A stretch of DNA of 64,000 nucleotides from contig NC_086121.1 of assembly GCF_963921235.1 (NCBI RefSeq), positions 23,126,001 to 23,190,000 on the forward strand, read 5' to 3'. The notes beneath the pieces were generated by a model. The model was not told where the DNA came from and ran no database searches. It was given only the letters and a program-made list of their open reading frames with translations. This document shows, one piece after another, positions 50,645-61,540 of this stretch. Source of the DNA: Mobula hypostoma (Eukaryota). The position numbers and the translations under genes are program-made. Numbering within the stretch: the first letter of the stretch is position 1; every line of letters begins with the position of its first letter.

Positions 50645-53600
50645 AGTGGGCGTCGGGGTGGGGGGGGGCGGGGGGTCCGAGGAGGACGAGGTGAGAGGGT
50701 CCAGGGATGGGTAGGGGGCAGGCTTGAAGCTTTGGGGATGGAGGGCAGAGTCTGGGGGTGAGGAGTGGAGACTGTGGAGGGGAAGGGGTGTGGCTCGGGG
50801 GGGTTGTTGAGATGGGGGAGAGGCCTGGGAGGATTAAGGAGGGGGTTGGGACTGGGGAATGAGGCAGGGTCTGGGGGATTGAGGAGGGGACAGGGGGCAG
50901 CGGTGTCTGGGGGTATGTGGAGGGGACGGAGTCTAGGGGATTAAGGAGGAAGCAGGGTATGGGGGATTGAGGAGGGGCGGGTTCTGGGGACTGAGGGGGA
51001 AGCAGGGGTGTAGGGGGATTGAGGAGGAGGAGGAGGAGGGGGCAGAATCTGTGGATGGAGGACGAAGCAGGGTCTGGGGATTGAGGGGGGAAGCAGGGTG
51101 TTGGGGAGCAGTCTGGGGACAGAGGAGGGAGTGGGGTCAAGGGGGCATTGAGGAGGGGTGGGTGTAGGGTGTGGATGAGGGGGTGGTGTTTGGAGGGGCT
51201 GAGGAGGGGGAGGGGGCGGGGTTTGGTGGGGATTGAGGACGGGGCGGGGTCTAGGGGGAATGGTGGAGGGGGTGGGGTCTGGGGGGATGGAGGAGGGGGG
51301 TCTGGGGGGATGGTGGAGGGGGCGGGGTCTAGAGGGTCTGGGGGGATTGAGGATGCGGGGTTTGGGGGGGATTGATGAGGGGGTGGGGTCTCGGGGGGGA
51401 TGGTGGAGGGGGCAGGGTCTAGGGGAAGGAGGGTCTGGAGGAGGGGGCGGGGTTTGAGGACAGGGCGGGGTTTGGGGGGATTGATAAGGGGGCGGGGTCT
51501 AGGGTATGGAGGAGGGGAGGGGTTTGGAGGGAATGGTGGAGGGGGCGGGGTCTAGGGGATGGAGGAGGGAGCGGGTTCTAGGGGATGGAGGGGGGTCTGG
51601 AGGAGGGGCGGGGTCTGGGGGGATGGTGGAGGGGGCGGGGTCTAGGGGAAGGAGGGGGTCTGGGGGGATGGAGGAGGGGCGGGGTCTGGGGGATGGTGGA
51701 GGGGCGGGGTCTAGGGGATGGAGGGGGGTCTGGGGGGATGGAGGGGTCTAGGGGATGGAGGGGGGTCTGGGGGATGCAGGGGGGGTCTGGGGTGATGGAG
51801 GAGGGGCGGGGTCTGGGGGGATGGTGGAGGGGGCGGGGTCTAGGGGATGGAGGGGGGTCTGGGGGGAATGGAGGGGTCTTGGGGATGGAGGGGGTCTGGG
51901 GGGAATGGAGGGGTCTAGGGGATGGGGGGGCCGGGGGGATGGAGGGGTCGGGGGGGATGGAGGGGGGGTCTGGGGGGGGATGGAGGGGTCTAGGGGATGG
52001 AGGGGGGTCTAGGGGATGGAGGGGGGTCGGGGGGAATGGAGGGGTCTAGGGGATGGAGGGGTCTAGGGGATGGCGGGGGGGGTCTGGGGGGCATGGAGGG
52101 GGGTCTGGGAGGAATGGAGGGGTCTAGGGGATGGAGGGGGGTCGGGGGGGATGGAGGGGGGTCTGGGGGGAATGGAGGGGTCTAGGAGATGGAGGGGGGG
52201 TCGGGGGGGATGGAGGGGGGTCTAGGGGATGGAGGGGGGGTCTGGGGGGGATGGAGGGGGGTCTGCGGGGAATGGAGGGGTCTGGGGGGAATGAGGGGTC
52301 TAGGGGATGGAGGGGGGTCTGGGGGAATGGAGGGGTCTAGGGGATGGAGGGGGGGTCGGGGGGGATGGAGGGGGGTCTGGGGGGGATGGAGGGGGGTCTG
52401 GGGGGAATGGAGGGGTCGGGGGGATGGAGGGGTCTAGGGGATGGAGGGGGGTCTAGGGGATGGAGGGGGGTCTGGGGGGGATCTGCGGGGAATGGAGGGG
52501 TCTAGGGGATGGAGGGGGGGTCGGGGGGGATGGAGGGGTTTAGGGGATGGAGGGGTCTACGGGATGGAGGGGGGTCTGGGGGGAATGGAGGGGTCTAGGG
52601 GATGGAGGGGGGTCTGGGGGGGATGGTGGAGGGGGCGGGGTCTAGGGGATGGAGGAGGGGGAGGGGTTTGGGGGAGAATGGTGGAGGGGGCGGGGTAAAG
52701 GGGATGGAGGAGGGGGAGGGGTTTGGGGGCGACGGAGGAGGGGCGGGGTCTGGGGGGGATGGTGGAGGGGGCGGGGTAAAGGGGATGGAGGAGGGGGCGG
52801 GGTCTAGGGGATGGAGGGGGGTCTGGCGGGATGGAGGAGGGGCGGGGTCTGGGGGATGGTGGAGGGGGCGGGGTCTAGGGGATGGAGGAGGGGGACGGGT
52901 TTGGGGGGGAATGGTGGAGGGGGCGGGGTAAAGGGGATGGAGGAGGGGGAGGGGTTTGGGGGCGATGGAGGAGGGGCGGGGTCTGGGGGGATGGTGGAGG
53001 GGGCGGGGTAAAGGGGATGGAGGAGGGGGCGGGGTCTAGGGGATGGAGGGGGGTCTGGCGGGATGGAGGAGGGGCGGTGTCTGGGGGGGATGGTGGAGGG
53101 GGCGGGGTCTAGGGGATGGAGGGGGGTCTGGGGGATGGAGGAGGGGCGGGGTCTGGGGGAGATTGTGGAGGGGGCGGGGTAAAGGGGATGGAGGAGGGGG
53201 AGGGGTTTGGGGGGATGGTGGAGGGGCGGGGTCTAGGGGATGGAGGGGGGTCTGGCGGGATGGAGGAGGGGCGGGGTCTGGGGGGGATGGTGGAGGGGGC
53301 GGGGTCTAGGGGATGGAGGGGGGTCTGGGGGATGGAGGAGGGGCGGGGTCTGGGGGAGATTGTGGAGGGGGCGGGGTAAAGGGGATGGAGGAGGGGGAGG
53401 GGTTTGGGGGGATGGTGGAGGGGCGGGGTCTAGGGGATGGAGGGGGGTCTGGCGGGATGGAGGAGGGGCGGGGTCTGGGGGGGATGGTGGAGGGGGCGGG
53501 GTCTAGGGGATGGAGGGGGGTCTGGGGGATGGAGGAGGGGCGGGGTCTGGGGGAGATTGTGGAGGGGGCGGGGTAAAGGGGATGGAGGAGGGGGAGGGGT

Positions 53601-53700
53601 TTGGGGGGATGGTGGCGGGGGCGGGGTCTAGGGGATGGAGGGGGGTCTGGGGGGATGGAGGAGGGGCGGGGTCTGGGGGGATGGTGGAGGGGGCGGGGTC
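50645..53700. repeat. G-rich low-complexity/minisatellite tract (units like GGGGATGGAGGGGTCTA and GGAGGGGGCGGGGTCT) with a ~197-bp higher-order repeat near 53040-53630
   Basis: The + strand is extremely G-skewed with many G4-7 runs. Repeat-derived ORFs recur at 53043/53240/53437 and 53116/53313/53510. Confidence 0.9.
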
Positions 53701-54193
53701 GTATTTTTGGGGCGTGGCCGGGCGGCTGATGTCACTGCGCCTGGGTGGGAGCTCGCGCTGACGCCTGCCAGCCGTTGTGATCTAAACCCGCCCAGAATGA
53801 CGCGGGGGGAATAAAACCAGCAGGAAAAGAATCAGAATGGTAAAGCAGAGTTTGAAAGGGTGGAAAATAGTCGCAGACCAGCTGAACGGAGACGCTGACA
53901 ATGACATGAAACCTAATTGCGACGCCGATTCTCAGAAATGGCGGCTGTCGTCACGGGAGAGGAAAGTCGCCCCGCGACGTGCGGTTTAATGACGTCGGAC
54001 GCAGTGAGGTCCGGGGGACGCCTCCGGCCGCGCTGACGTCAGACGCAGTGAGGTCGGGCGTGAAGACGCGGCGATGGCGGACGACGTCATTGGCTGTCCG
54101 GAGAAAGGTGGGGGGGGTGTGCCCAGGCACCCGAGACGACTTCCGGTGGAGGCGACGGGAACTTCCGGTGCTGGAGAAGAGGAAAATGTAAGA
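53700..54193 (+). promoter_or_regulatory. MLF2: CpG-island housekeeping-type promoter and probable exon 1 of MLF2
   Basis: The region is CpG-dense. Motifs: full CRE TGACGTCA at 54034-54041 plus half-sites; a YY1-like AAATGGCGGC at 53936; an inverted CCAAT (ATTGG) near 54089; two ETS/GABP ACTTCCGG at 54139 and 54161; a good donor AT|GTAAGA at 54188. Assignment to MLF2 is by position and orientation. Confidence 0.65.
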
Positions 54194-54199
54194 AAACTG

Positions 54200-55005
54200 A
54201 GGGACGGGGGAAAGAGAAGGAGAAACGGGGGAGTGGGGTGTGGTGGAGAGGGAGTAAGAGGTGCGGAGGGGGTGAAGTGGGGAAGGAGAGGGTGGGGAGG
54301 GATGTGGGGGAGCGGAGGAGAGAGGGAGGTAGGGGGAAGACGAGGGAGAGAGAGGGGAGGGTCGGAGAGAGGGAGAGAGCGAAGGGAGGGAGAGGAGGAA
54401 GGGGGCAGAGGGAGAGGAGGTAGGGGAGAGAGAGGAGGGAGGGAGTAGGGGGAGAAGGGGAGGGGGAAGGAGAGGGGGAGGGGAGAGGCAGAGGGGGGAG
54501 GGGAGAGAGAGGAAGGAGGGGAGGAGGAGAGAGGGAGAGGGGGTAGGGGGAGAGAGAGAGGAGGGAGGAAGTGGAGGGAGGGAGGGAGAGGAGGAAGGGG
54601 GCAGAGGGAGAGGAGGTAGGGGGAGAGAGAAGGGAGGGAGGGAGTAGGGGGAGAAGGGGAGGGGGAAGGAGAGGGGGAGGGGAGAGGCAGAGGGGGCAGG
54701 GGAGAGAGAGGAGAGAGGGAGGGGGGTAGGGGAGAGAGAGGAGGGAGGGGAGGGAGAGAGAGAGGGAGAGGGGGCAGGGGAGAGAGAGAGGAGGGAGGGA
54801 GTGGAGGGAGGGAGTAGGGGGAGGGGGAGGGGGAGAGGCAGAGGGGGTAGGGGAGAGAGAGGAGGGGGAGGGAGTAGGGGGAGAGAGAAGAGGGAGGGAG
54901 GGGAGGGAGTAGGGGGAGAAGGGGAGGGGGAGGGGAGAGGCAGAGGGGGAGGGGAAGGGAGAGGGGGTGGGGGGAGAGAGAGGAGGGAGGGAGCGGAGAG
55001 AGGGA
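54200..55005. repeat. Polypurine (GA-rich) low-complexity tract
   Basis: Almost exclusively G and A on + (GGGAGAGAGAGGAGGGAGG...). Confidence 0.9.
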
Positions 55006-55007
55006 GT

Positions 55008-55500
55008 AACATAGAAACATAGAAAATAGGTGCAGGAGTAGGCCATTCGGCCCTTTGAGCCTGCACCGCCATTTATTATGATCATGGCTGATCATCCAAC
55101 TCAGAACCCCGCCCCAGCCTTCCCTCCATACCCCCTGACCCCCGTAGCCACCAGGGCCATATCTAACTCCCTCTTAAATATAGCCAATGAACTGGCCTCA
55201 ACTGTTTCCTGTGGCAGAGAATTCCACAGATTCACCACTCTCTGTGTGAAGAAGTTTTTCCTAATCTCGGTCCAAAAAGGCTTCCCCTCTATCCTCAAAC
55301 TGTGACCCCTCGTTCTGGACTTCCCCAACATCGGGAACAATCTTCCTGCATCTAGCCTGTCCAATCCCTTTAGGATCTTATACGTTTCAATCAGATCCCC
55401 CTTCAATCTTCTAAATTCCAACGAGTACAAGCCCAGTTCATCCAGTCTTTCTTCATATGAAAGTCCTGCCATCCCAGGAATCAATCTGGTGAACCTTCTT
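55008..55500 (-). mobile_element. 5'-truncated CR1 3' end, same subfamily as the 39258-39880 copy
   Basis: An (ACATAGAA)n tail lies at 55008-55025. Peptide IPGMAGLSYEERLDELGLYSLEFRRLKGDLIETYKILKGLDRLDAGRLFPMLGKSRTRGHSL is near-identical to the 39 kb copy. Confidence 0.93.
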
Positions 55501-55548
55501 TGATCCAGGCATCATCCAGGTGAATCTCCTCTGCACCCTCTCTAATCC

Positions 55549-56137
55549 ATAGAAACATAGACAATAGGTGCAGGAGTAGGCCATTCGGCCCTTCGAGCCT
55601 GCACCGCCATTCAGTACGATCATGGCTGATCATCCAACTCAGAACCCTGTACCTGCCTTCCCTCCATACCCCCTGATCCCCGTAGCCACAAGGGCCATAC
55701 CTAACCTTGTACAATATCTATCCTTGTACAACTGCAGTAGTACGTCCCTGCTCCTGTACTCGAATCCTCTCGCTATAAATGCCAGCATACCATTTGCCTT
55801 TTTCACCGCCTGCTGTACCTGCATGCCCACTTTCAATGACTGGTGTATAATGACACCCAGGTCTCGTTGCACCTCCCCTTTTCCTTATCGGCCACCATTC
55901 AGATAATAATCTGTTTTCCTATTTTTGCCACCAAAGTGGATAACCTCACATTTATCTCATTAAATTGCATCTGCCATGAGTTTGCCCACTCACCCAACCT
56001 ATCCAAGTCACCCTGCATCCTCTTAGCATCCTCCTCACAGCTAACACTGCCGCCCAGCTCCGTGTCATCCGCAAACTTGGAGATGCTGCGTTTAATTCCC
56101 TCATCCAAGTCATTAATATATATTGTAAACAACTGGG
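55549..56137 (-). mobile_element. CR1 fragment with a ~420-bp internal deletion, running into the assembly gap
   Basis: [29 protein letters not shown]...RGFEYRSRDVLLQLYK is joined almost directly to MALVATGIRGYGGKAG and the tail. Confidence 0.9.
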
Positions 56138-56282
56138 NNNNNNNNNNNNNNNNNNNNNNNNNNNNNNNNNNNNNNNNNNNNNNNNNNNNNNNNNNNNNNN
56201 NNNNNNNNNNNNNNNNNNNNNNNNNNNNNNNNNNNNNNNNNNNNNNNNNNNNNNNNNNNNNNNNNNNNNNNNNNNNNNNNNN
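56138..56282. other. Assembly gap (145 N)
   Basis: Run of N. Confidence 1.
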
Positions 56283-58440
56283 AGAGGGGGGAGGGGAGGG
56301 AGAGGGGGGAGGGGAGGGAGGGGGGGAGGGGAGGGGGAGAGGGGGTGGGGGGAGAAGGAGAGGGGGGAGGGGAGAGGGAGAGGGGGTAGGGGGAGAGAGA
56401 GGAGGGAGGGAGCGGAGAGAGGGAGTAGGGGGGAGAAGGAGAGGGGGAGGGGAGAGGGGGTAGGGGGAGAGAGGAGGGGGGAGGGAGGGGAGGGGGAGAG
56501 GGGGTGGGGGGAGAAGGAGAGGGGGGAGGGGAGAGGGAGAGGGGGTAGGGGGGAGAGAGGGAGTAGGGGGGAGAAGGGGAGGGGAGAGGGGGTAGGGAGA
56601 GAGAGGAGGGGGGAGGGAGGGAATGGGGGGAGAAGGGGAGGGGGAGAGAGGAGAGAGGAGGGGGGAGGGGAGGGGGAGAGGGGGTAGGGGGGAGAGAGAG
56701 GAGGGAGGGAGTGGAGAGAGGGAGTAGGGGGGAGAAGGAGAGGGGGAGGGGAGAGGGGGTAGGGGGAGAGAGGAGGGGGAAGGGGAGAGGGGGTAGGGGG
56801 AGAGAGGAGGGGGGAGGGAGGGAATGGGGGAGAAGGGGAGGGGGAGGGGGAGAGAGGAGAGGGGGGAGGGAGGGGGGAGAGGGGGTAGGGGGAGAGAGAG
56901 GAGGGAGGGAGCGGAGAGAGGGAGTAGGGGGGAGAAGGAGAGGGGGGAGGGGAGAGGGGATAGGGGGAGAGAGGAGGGGGAGGGAGGGAATGGGGGGAGA
57001 AGGGGAGGGGGAGAGAGGGGAGGGGGCAGGGAGAGGGGGTGGGGAGAGAGAGAGGAGGGAGGGAGTAGAGGGGAGAGGGGGAGGGGGCAGGGGGAGAGGG
57101 CTGAGAAGAGAGTAGGAAGGGGAAAGGTGGGGAGGGAGAGGGGGAGAGAGGAACAGAAAGGAGAGAGAAAGGGAAGGAGAGAGGGAGGGAGGGGGCAGGG
57201 AGAGAGGGGAGGAAGGGGAGAGGGGTGAAGGAGATGGGAGGGAGGGGAGAGAGAGGGCTGAGAAGTGAGAAGAGAGTAGGAAGGGGAGGGAGGGAGAGGA
57301 GGAGAGAGGAACAGAGAGGGGGAGGAGAGAGAAAGGGAAGGGGAGGGGGGGCAGCGACAGATGTGGGCAGGGGTAGAGAGAGCTGGAGTGGGAGGTGAAG
57401 AGTGGATGAGGGGTAGAGAGATGGAGGGGAAGGGAGAGGGGGTAGAGATAGGTGGATGGAGATGGAGAGAATTGGGGATGGGGAGGGACAGCGGTGTGAG
57501 ACGGGAGAGGTAGGAGGAGGGTGGAAGAGCGTGGTGGCGAGATGGGACTAGAGGGAGAGGTGGAGTGGGGCAGAGTATGGTGGAGGGAGGGAGGGAGGTG
57601 GGGTGACAGAGGGAGGGGGCTGAGTGGTGGGGAGAGGAAGGCGGAGGGGAAGAGTGAGGTTGATGGAGAGAAAGGGGGAGGAGAGTGAGAGGGCAGAGAT
57701 AGGTGGAGGGAGGGAGAGAGTGGTAGGGAGATAGAGAGTTTGGGGAGTGAGGAGGAGTCGAGAGAGGTGGAGGGAGTGACGGAAGGAAGAGACGCAGGGA
57801 GGAGGAGAGAGGGGGCTCGAGGTGGGTGTCGAGAGCTGGAGGGGGAGGGAGGCGGAGGGACTGGTGGGGAGAGGGAGGGAGAGAGAATTGTGGGGAGAGG
57901 GAGAGAAGGGGGTTGTGGTAGATGGAGAGAGAGAGGTGGGGGTGAGAAGGGGAGACAGCTGGATGGAGGGAGGGAGAGAGGTGCGGCGATGGAGGGAGGA
58001 GAGAGGTGAGGCTGGTGAGAGAGCTGGGGAGGGGGGGCAGGATGGGAGTGGAGGGAGGGGACGAGGAGCGGGAGGGAGACACGGGGCGGGCAGGGGTGGG
58101 GGGAGTGAGAAAGCGAAGAGCCTGAGAGGGGAGTTCCGGATGAGATGGAGACGAGGGGAACGGACGGACGAGGCAGGAGGGGAACGGAAGGGGTGACCGG
58201 GGGAGAAGTCGGGGTGTCGAGCTGAGGCGTTGGATATGACGGCGGGGGTGTGGAGGAGGGGGAATGTCGGGCAAGAGGGTGAGGGGGGGAGAGACGGGGG
58301 GGTGAAACGGGACGGAGGGAGGGGGACAGCAGTGATAGCGGAGGGGAGAGTCTGAGAGAACGGGGAAGCGGGACAGAGAGATTGACACTGGGGGGGGAGC
58401 GACAGGAGTGGGGGAGAGATTTGCAGGTGTGGGCAGCTTT
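56283..58440. repeat. Polypurine/G-rich low-complexity tract
   Basis: GA-rich on +, degrading towards 58400. Confidence 0.88.
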
Positions 58441-58519
58441 GGGAGGGCTGGGGGTGGGAGAGAGCCTAGTGTGATTGATTTTAGATGCTAATGTAATCTT
58501 GTTTTCTATTTTGTGTTTC

Positions 58520-59340
58520 CTTTACACCCTCCCCCCTTCACCCCCCCTTCGCCCTCCCCCCTTCGCCCTCCCCCCTTCGCCCTCCCCCCTTCGCCCTCCC
58601 CCTTCACCCTCCCCTTCACCCTCCCCTTCACACTCCCCCTTCACCCTCCTTCCCCACCCCCTCTCCCCTTCCCTCCTCCCTCTCCTCCCCCTCCCCCTCC
58701 CCCTCCCTCTCCCCTCCCCCTCTCTCTCCCCTCCCCCTCCCTCCTTCACCCTCCCTCCTTCCCCCTCCCCCTCCCCTCCTTCCCCCTCCCCCTCCCTTCC
58801 TTACCCCTCTCCCCTTCCCCCTCTCCCCTACCCCCTCTCCCCTTCCCCCTCTCCCCTCACCTCCTTCCCCCTCCCCCTCCCCTCCTTCCCCCTCCTCCCT
58901 CTTCCCCCTCCTCCCTCTCCCCTCTTCCCCCCTCCCCCCCTCCCCTCCTCCCTCCCCACCCTCTCCCTCACTCTCNNNNNNNNNNNNNNNNNNNNNNNNN
59001 NNNNNNNNNNNNNNNNNNNNNNNNNNNNNNNNNNNNNNNNNNNNNNNNNNNNNNNNNNNNNNNNNNNNNNNNNNNNNNNNNNNNNNNNNNNNNNNNNNNN
59101 NNNNNNNNNNNNNNNNNNNNNNCCCTCTCCCCTTCCCCCTCTCCCCTCACCTCCTTCCCCCTCCCCCTCCCCTCCTTCCCCCTCCTCCCTCTTCCCCCTC
59201 CTCCCTCTCCCCTCTTCCCCCCTCCCCCCCTCCCCCTCACTCCCTCCCCACCCTCTCCCTCACACCCTTCCCCCTGCCCTCACATCCCCTTTGCCTGCCT
59301 GTTACCCACCGTCCTCCGTCCCCCGTCTCCCTCTCTCCCC
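58520..59340. repeat. Polypyrimidine (CT-rich) low-complexity tract interrupted by the second gap
   Basis: C/T-only runs, including (CCCCCTTCGCCCT)n at about 58530-58620. Confidence 0.88.
58976..59122. other. Assembly gap (147 N); its flanks are near-identical ~130-bp sequences, so the contig ends probably overlap
   Basis: About 58835-58975 and 59123-59275 both start CCCTCTCCCCTTCCCCCTCTCCCCTCACCTCCTTCCCCC. Confidence 0.9.
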
Positions 59341-59343
59341 CAG

Positions 59344-59497
59344 GGACCCGTTCGCTGCCCACCGCCAGCACATGTCTGCACTTTTCGGGGGCCTCGGCTC
59401 CCCGCTGGGCTTCGACCCCTTCCTGAGCCTGACCGATGGCCGCACCGCCCTCGCTCCCCACCCCGGCGCCCTGCAGCACTCCCGCCGGGCAATACAG
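59344..59497 (+). CDS. MLF2: Myeloid leukemia factor 2 coding exon, 154 nt, phase 2-0: DPFAAHRQHMSALFGGLGSPLGFDPFLSLTDGRTALAPHPGALQHSRRAIQ
   Basis: Acceptor CTCTCTCCCCCAG| and donor CAG|GTTGGT. The peptide matches the human MLF2 N-terminal region as I recall it ([30 protein letters not shown]...SRRMQ). Confidence 0.88.
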
Positions 59498-59554
59498 GTT
59501 GGTCTGACTCTGCTCGTCTCACCCCGACAGGGCGTTCCGCACGGCCGCCACTCC

Positions 59555-59700
59555 CCGTGTGGAAAAACCTCCCTCTGATCGCCGAGAAATTATGCCCCCT
59601 CGTATCACTTCTGCCCTCGGGGAAAAGTCTCTGGCCGTCCACTCGATCAGTCTCTGGATCTATGCCTCTTATCATCTTGTACACCTCTATCAAGTCCTCT
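59555..59700 (-). mobile_element. Degraded CR1 ORF2 3' remnant contiguous with the 42-bp array
   Basis: The minus-strand translation DLIEVYKMIRGID..DRVDGQRLFP...TRGHNF..IRGRFF is the CR1 sequence that normally follows [14 protein letters not shown], here with deletions. Confidence 0.8.
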
Positions 59701-61540
59701 GTACCCTCTCTAATCCAGGCAGCGTCCTGGTAAATCTCCTCTGCACCTTCTCTAATCCAGGCAGCATCCTGGTAAATCTCCTCTGCACCCTCTCTAATCC
59801 AGGCAGCATCCTGGTGAATCTCCTCTGTACCCTCTCTAATCCAGGCAGCATCCTGGTGAATCTCCTCTGCACCCTCTCTAATCCAGGCAGCACCCTGGTA
59901 AATCTCCTCTGCACCCTCTCCAATCCAGGCAGCATCCTGGTGAATCTCCTCTGCACCCTCTCTAATCCAGGCAGCGTCCCGGTGAGTCTCCTCTGCACCC
60001 TCTCTAATCCAGGCAGCATCCTGGTGAACCTCCTCTGCACCCTCTCTAATCCAGGCAGCATCCTGGTGAATCTCCTCTGCACCCTCTCTAATCCAGGCAG
60101 CATCCTGGTGAGTCTCCTCTGCACCTTCTCTAATCCAGGCAGCATCCTGTTGATTCTCCTCTGCACCCTCTCTAATCCAGGCAGCATCCTGGTGAACCTC
60201 CTCTGCACCCTCTCTAATCCAGGCAGCGTCCCGGTGAATCTCCTCTGCACCCTCTCTAATCCAGGCAGCGTCCCGGTGAGTCTCCTCTGCTCCCTCTCTA
60301 ATCCAGGCAGCGTCCCGGTGAGTCTCCTCTGCACCCTCTCTAATCCAGGCAGCATCCTGGTGAATCTCCTCTGCACCCTCTCTAATCCAGGCAGCATCCC
60401 GGTGAATCTCCTCTGCACCCTCTCTAATCCAGGCAGCATCCTGGTGAATCTCCTCTGCACCCTCTCTAATCCAGGCAGCATCCTGGTGAGTCTCCTCTGC
60501 ACCTTCTCTAATCCAGGCAGCATCCTGTTGATTCTCCTCTGCACCCTCTCTAATCCAGGCAGCATCCTGGTGAATCTCCTCTGCACCCTCTCTAATCCAG
60601 GCAGCGTCCCGGTGAATCTCCTCTGCATCCTCTCTAATCCAGGCAGCATCCTGGTGAATCTCCTCTGCACCCTCTCTAATCCAGGCAGCATCCTGGTGAA
60701 TCTCCTCTGCACCCTCTCTAATCCAGGCAGCATCCTGGTGAACCTCCTCTGCACCTTCTCTAATCCAGGCAGCATCCTGGTGAATCTCCTCTGCACCCTC
60801 TCTAATCCAGGCAGCATCCTGGTGAGTCTCCTCTGCACCTTCTCTAATCCAGGCAGCATCCTGTTGATTCTCCTCTGCACCCTCTCTAATCCAGGCAGCA
60901 TCCTGGTGAACCTCCTCTGCACCCTCTCTAATCCAGGCAGCGTCCCGGTGAGTCTCCTCTGCTCCCTCTCTAATCCGGGCAGCATCCTGGTGAATCTCAT
61001 CTGCACCCTCTCTAATCCAGGCAGCACCCTGGTGAATCTCCTCTGCTCCCTCTCTAATCCGGGCAGCATCCTGGTGAATCTCCTCTGCACCCTCTCTAAT
61101 CCAGGCAGCATCCTGGTGAATCTCCTCTGCACCCTCTCTAATCCGGGCAGCATCCTGGTGAATCTCCTCTGCACCTTCTCTAATCCAGGCAGCGTCCCGG
61201 TGAATCTCCTCTGTACCCTCTCTAATCCAGGCAGCGTCCCGGTGAGTCTCCTCTGCTCCCTCTCTAATCCGGGCAGCATCCTGGTGAATCTCATCTGCAC
61301 CCTCTCTAATCCAGGCAGCACCCTGGTGAATCTCCTCTGCTCCCTCTCTAATCCGGGCAGCATCCTGGTGAATCTCCTCTGCACCCTCTCTAATCCAGGC
61401 AGCATCCTGGTGAATCTCTAATCCAGGCAGAATCTCTAATCTACCCTCTCTAATCCAGGCAGCATCCTGGTGAATCTCCTCTGCACCCTCTCTGATCCAG
61501 GCATCATCCAGGTGAATCTCCTCTGCACCCTCTCTAATCC
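59700..61540. repeat. 42-bp CR1-derived minisatellite, about 44 units, AATCCAGGCAGCATCCTGGTGAATCTCCTCTGCACCCTCTCT
   Basis: The minus strand translates to ([14 protein letters not shown])n, a CR1 ORF2 peptide also seen once in the intact copies at 36 kb and 37 kb. Confidence 0.97.

Noticed and set aside
54074-54110. MADDVIGCPEK as the first coding exon (LSM3/CASK-like start)
   Set aside because: The similarity ends after five residues, and its frame is incompatible with the phase-2 MLF2 acceptor via the 54188 donor. At most it is a uORF.
58485-58492. 8-nt micro-exon TTTTAG|ATGCTAAT|GTAATC that would give M-L-M-DPF
   Set aside because: The pyrimidine tract and donor are weak, and it is too short to distinguish from chance without RNA data.
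50967-59733. Gly-rich and Pro-rich ORFs (up to 829 aa, some through Ns)
   Set aside because: They are low-complexity G/GA/CT tracts, and some span assembly gaps.
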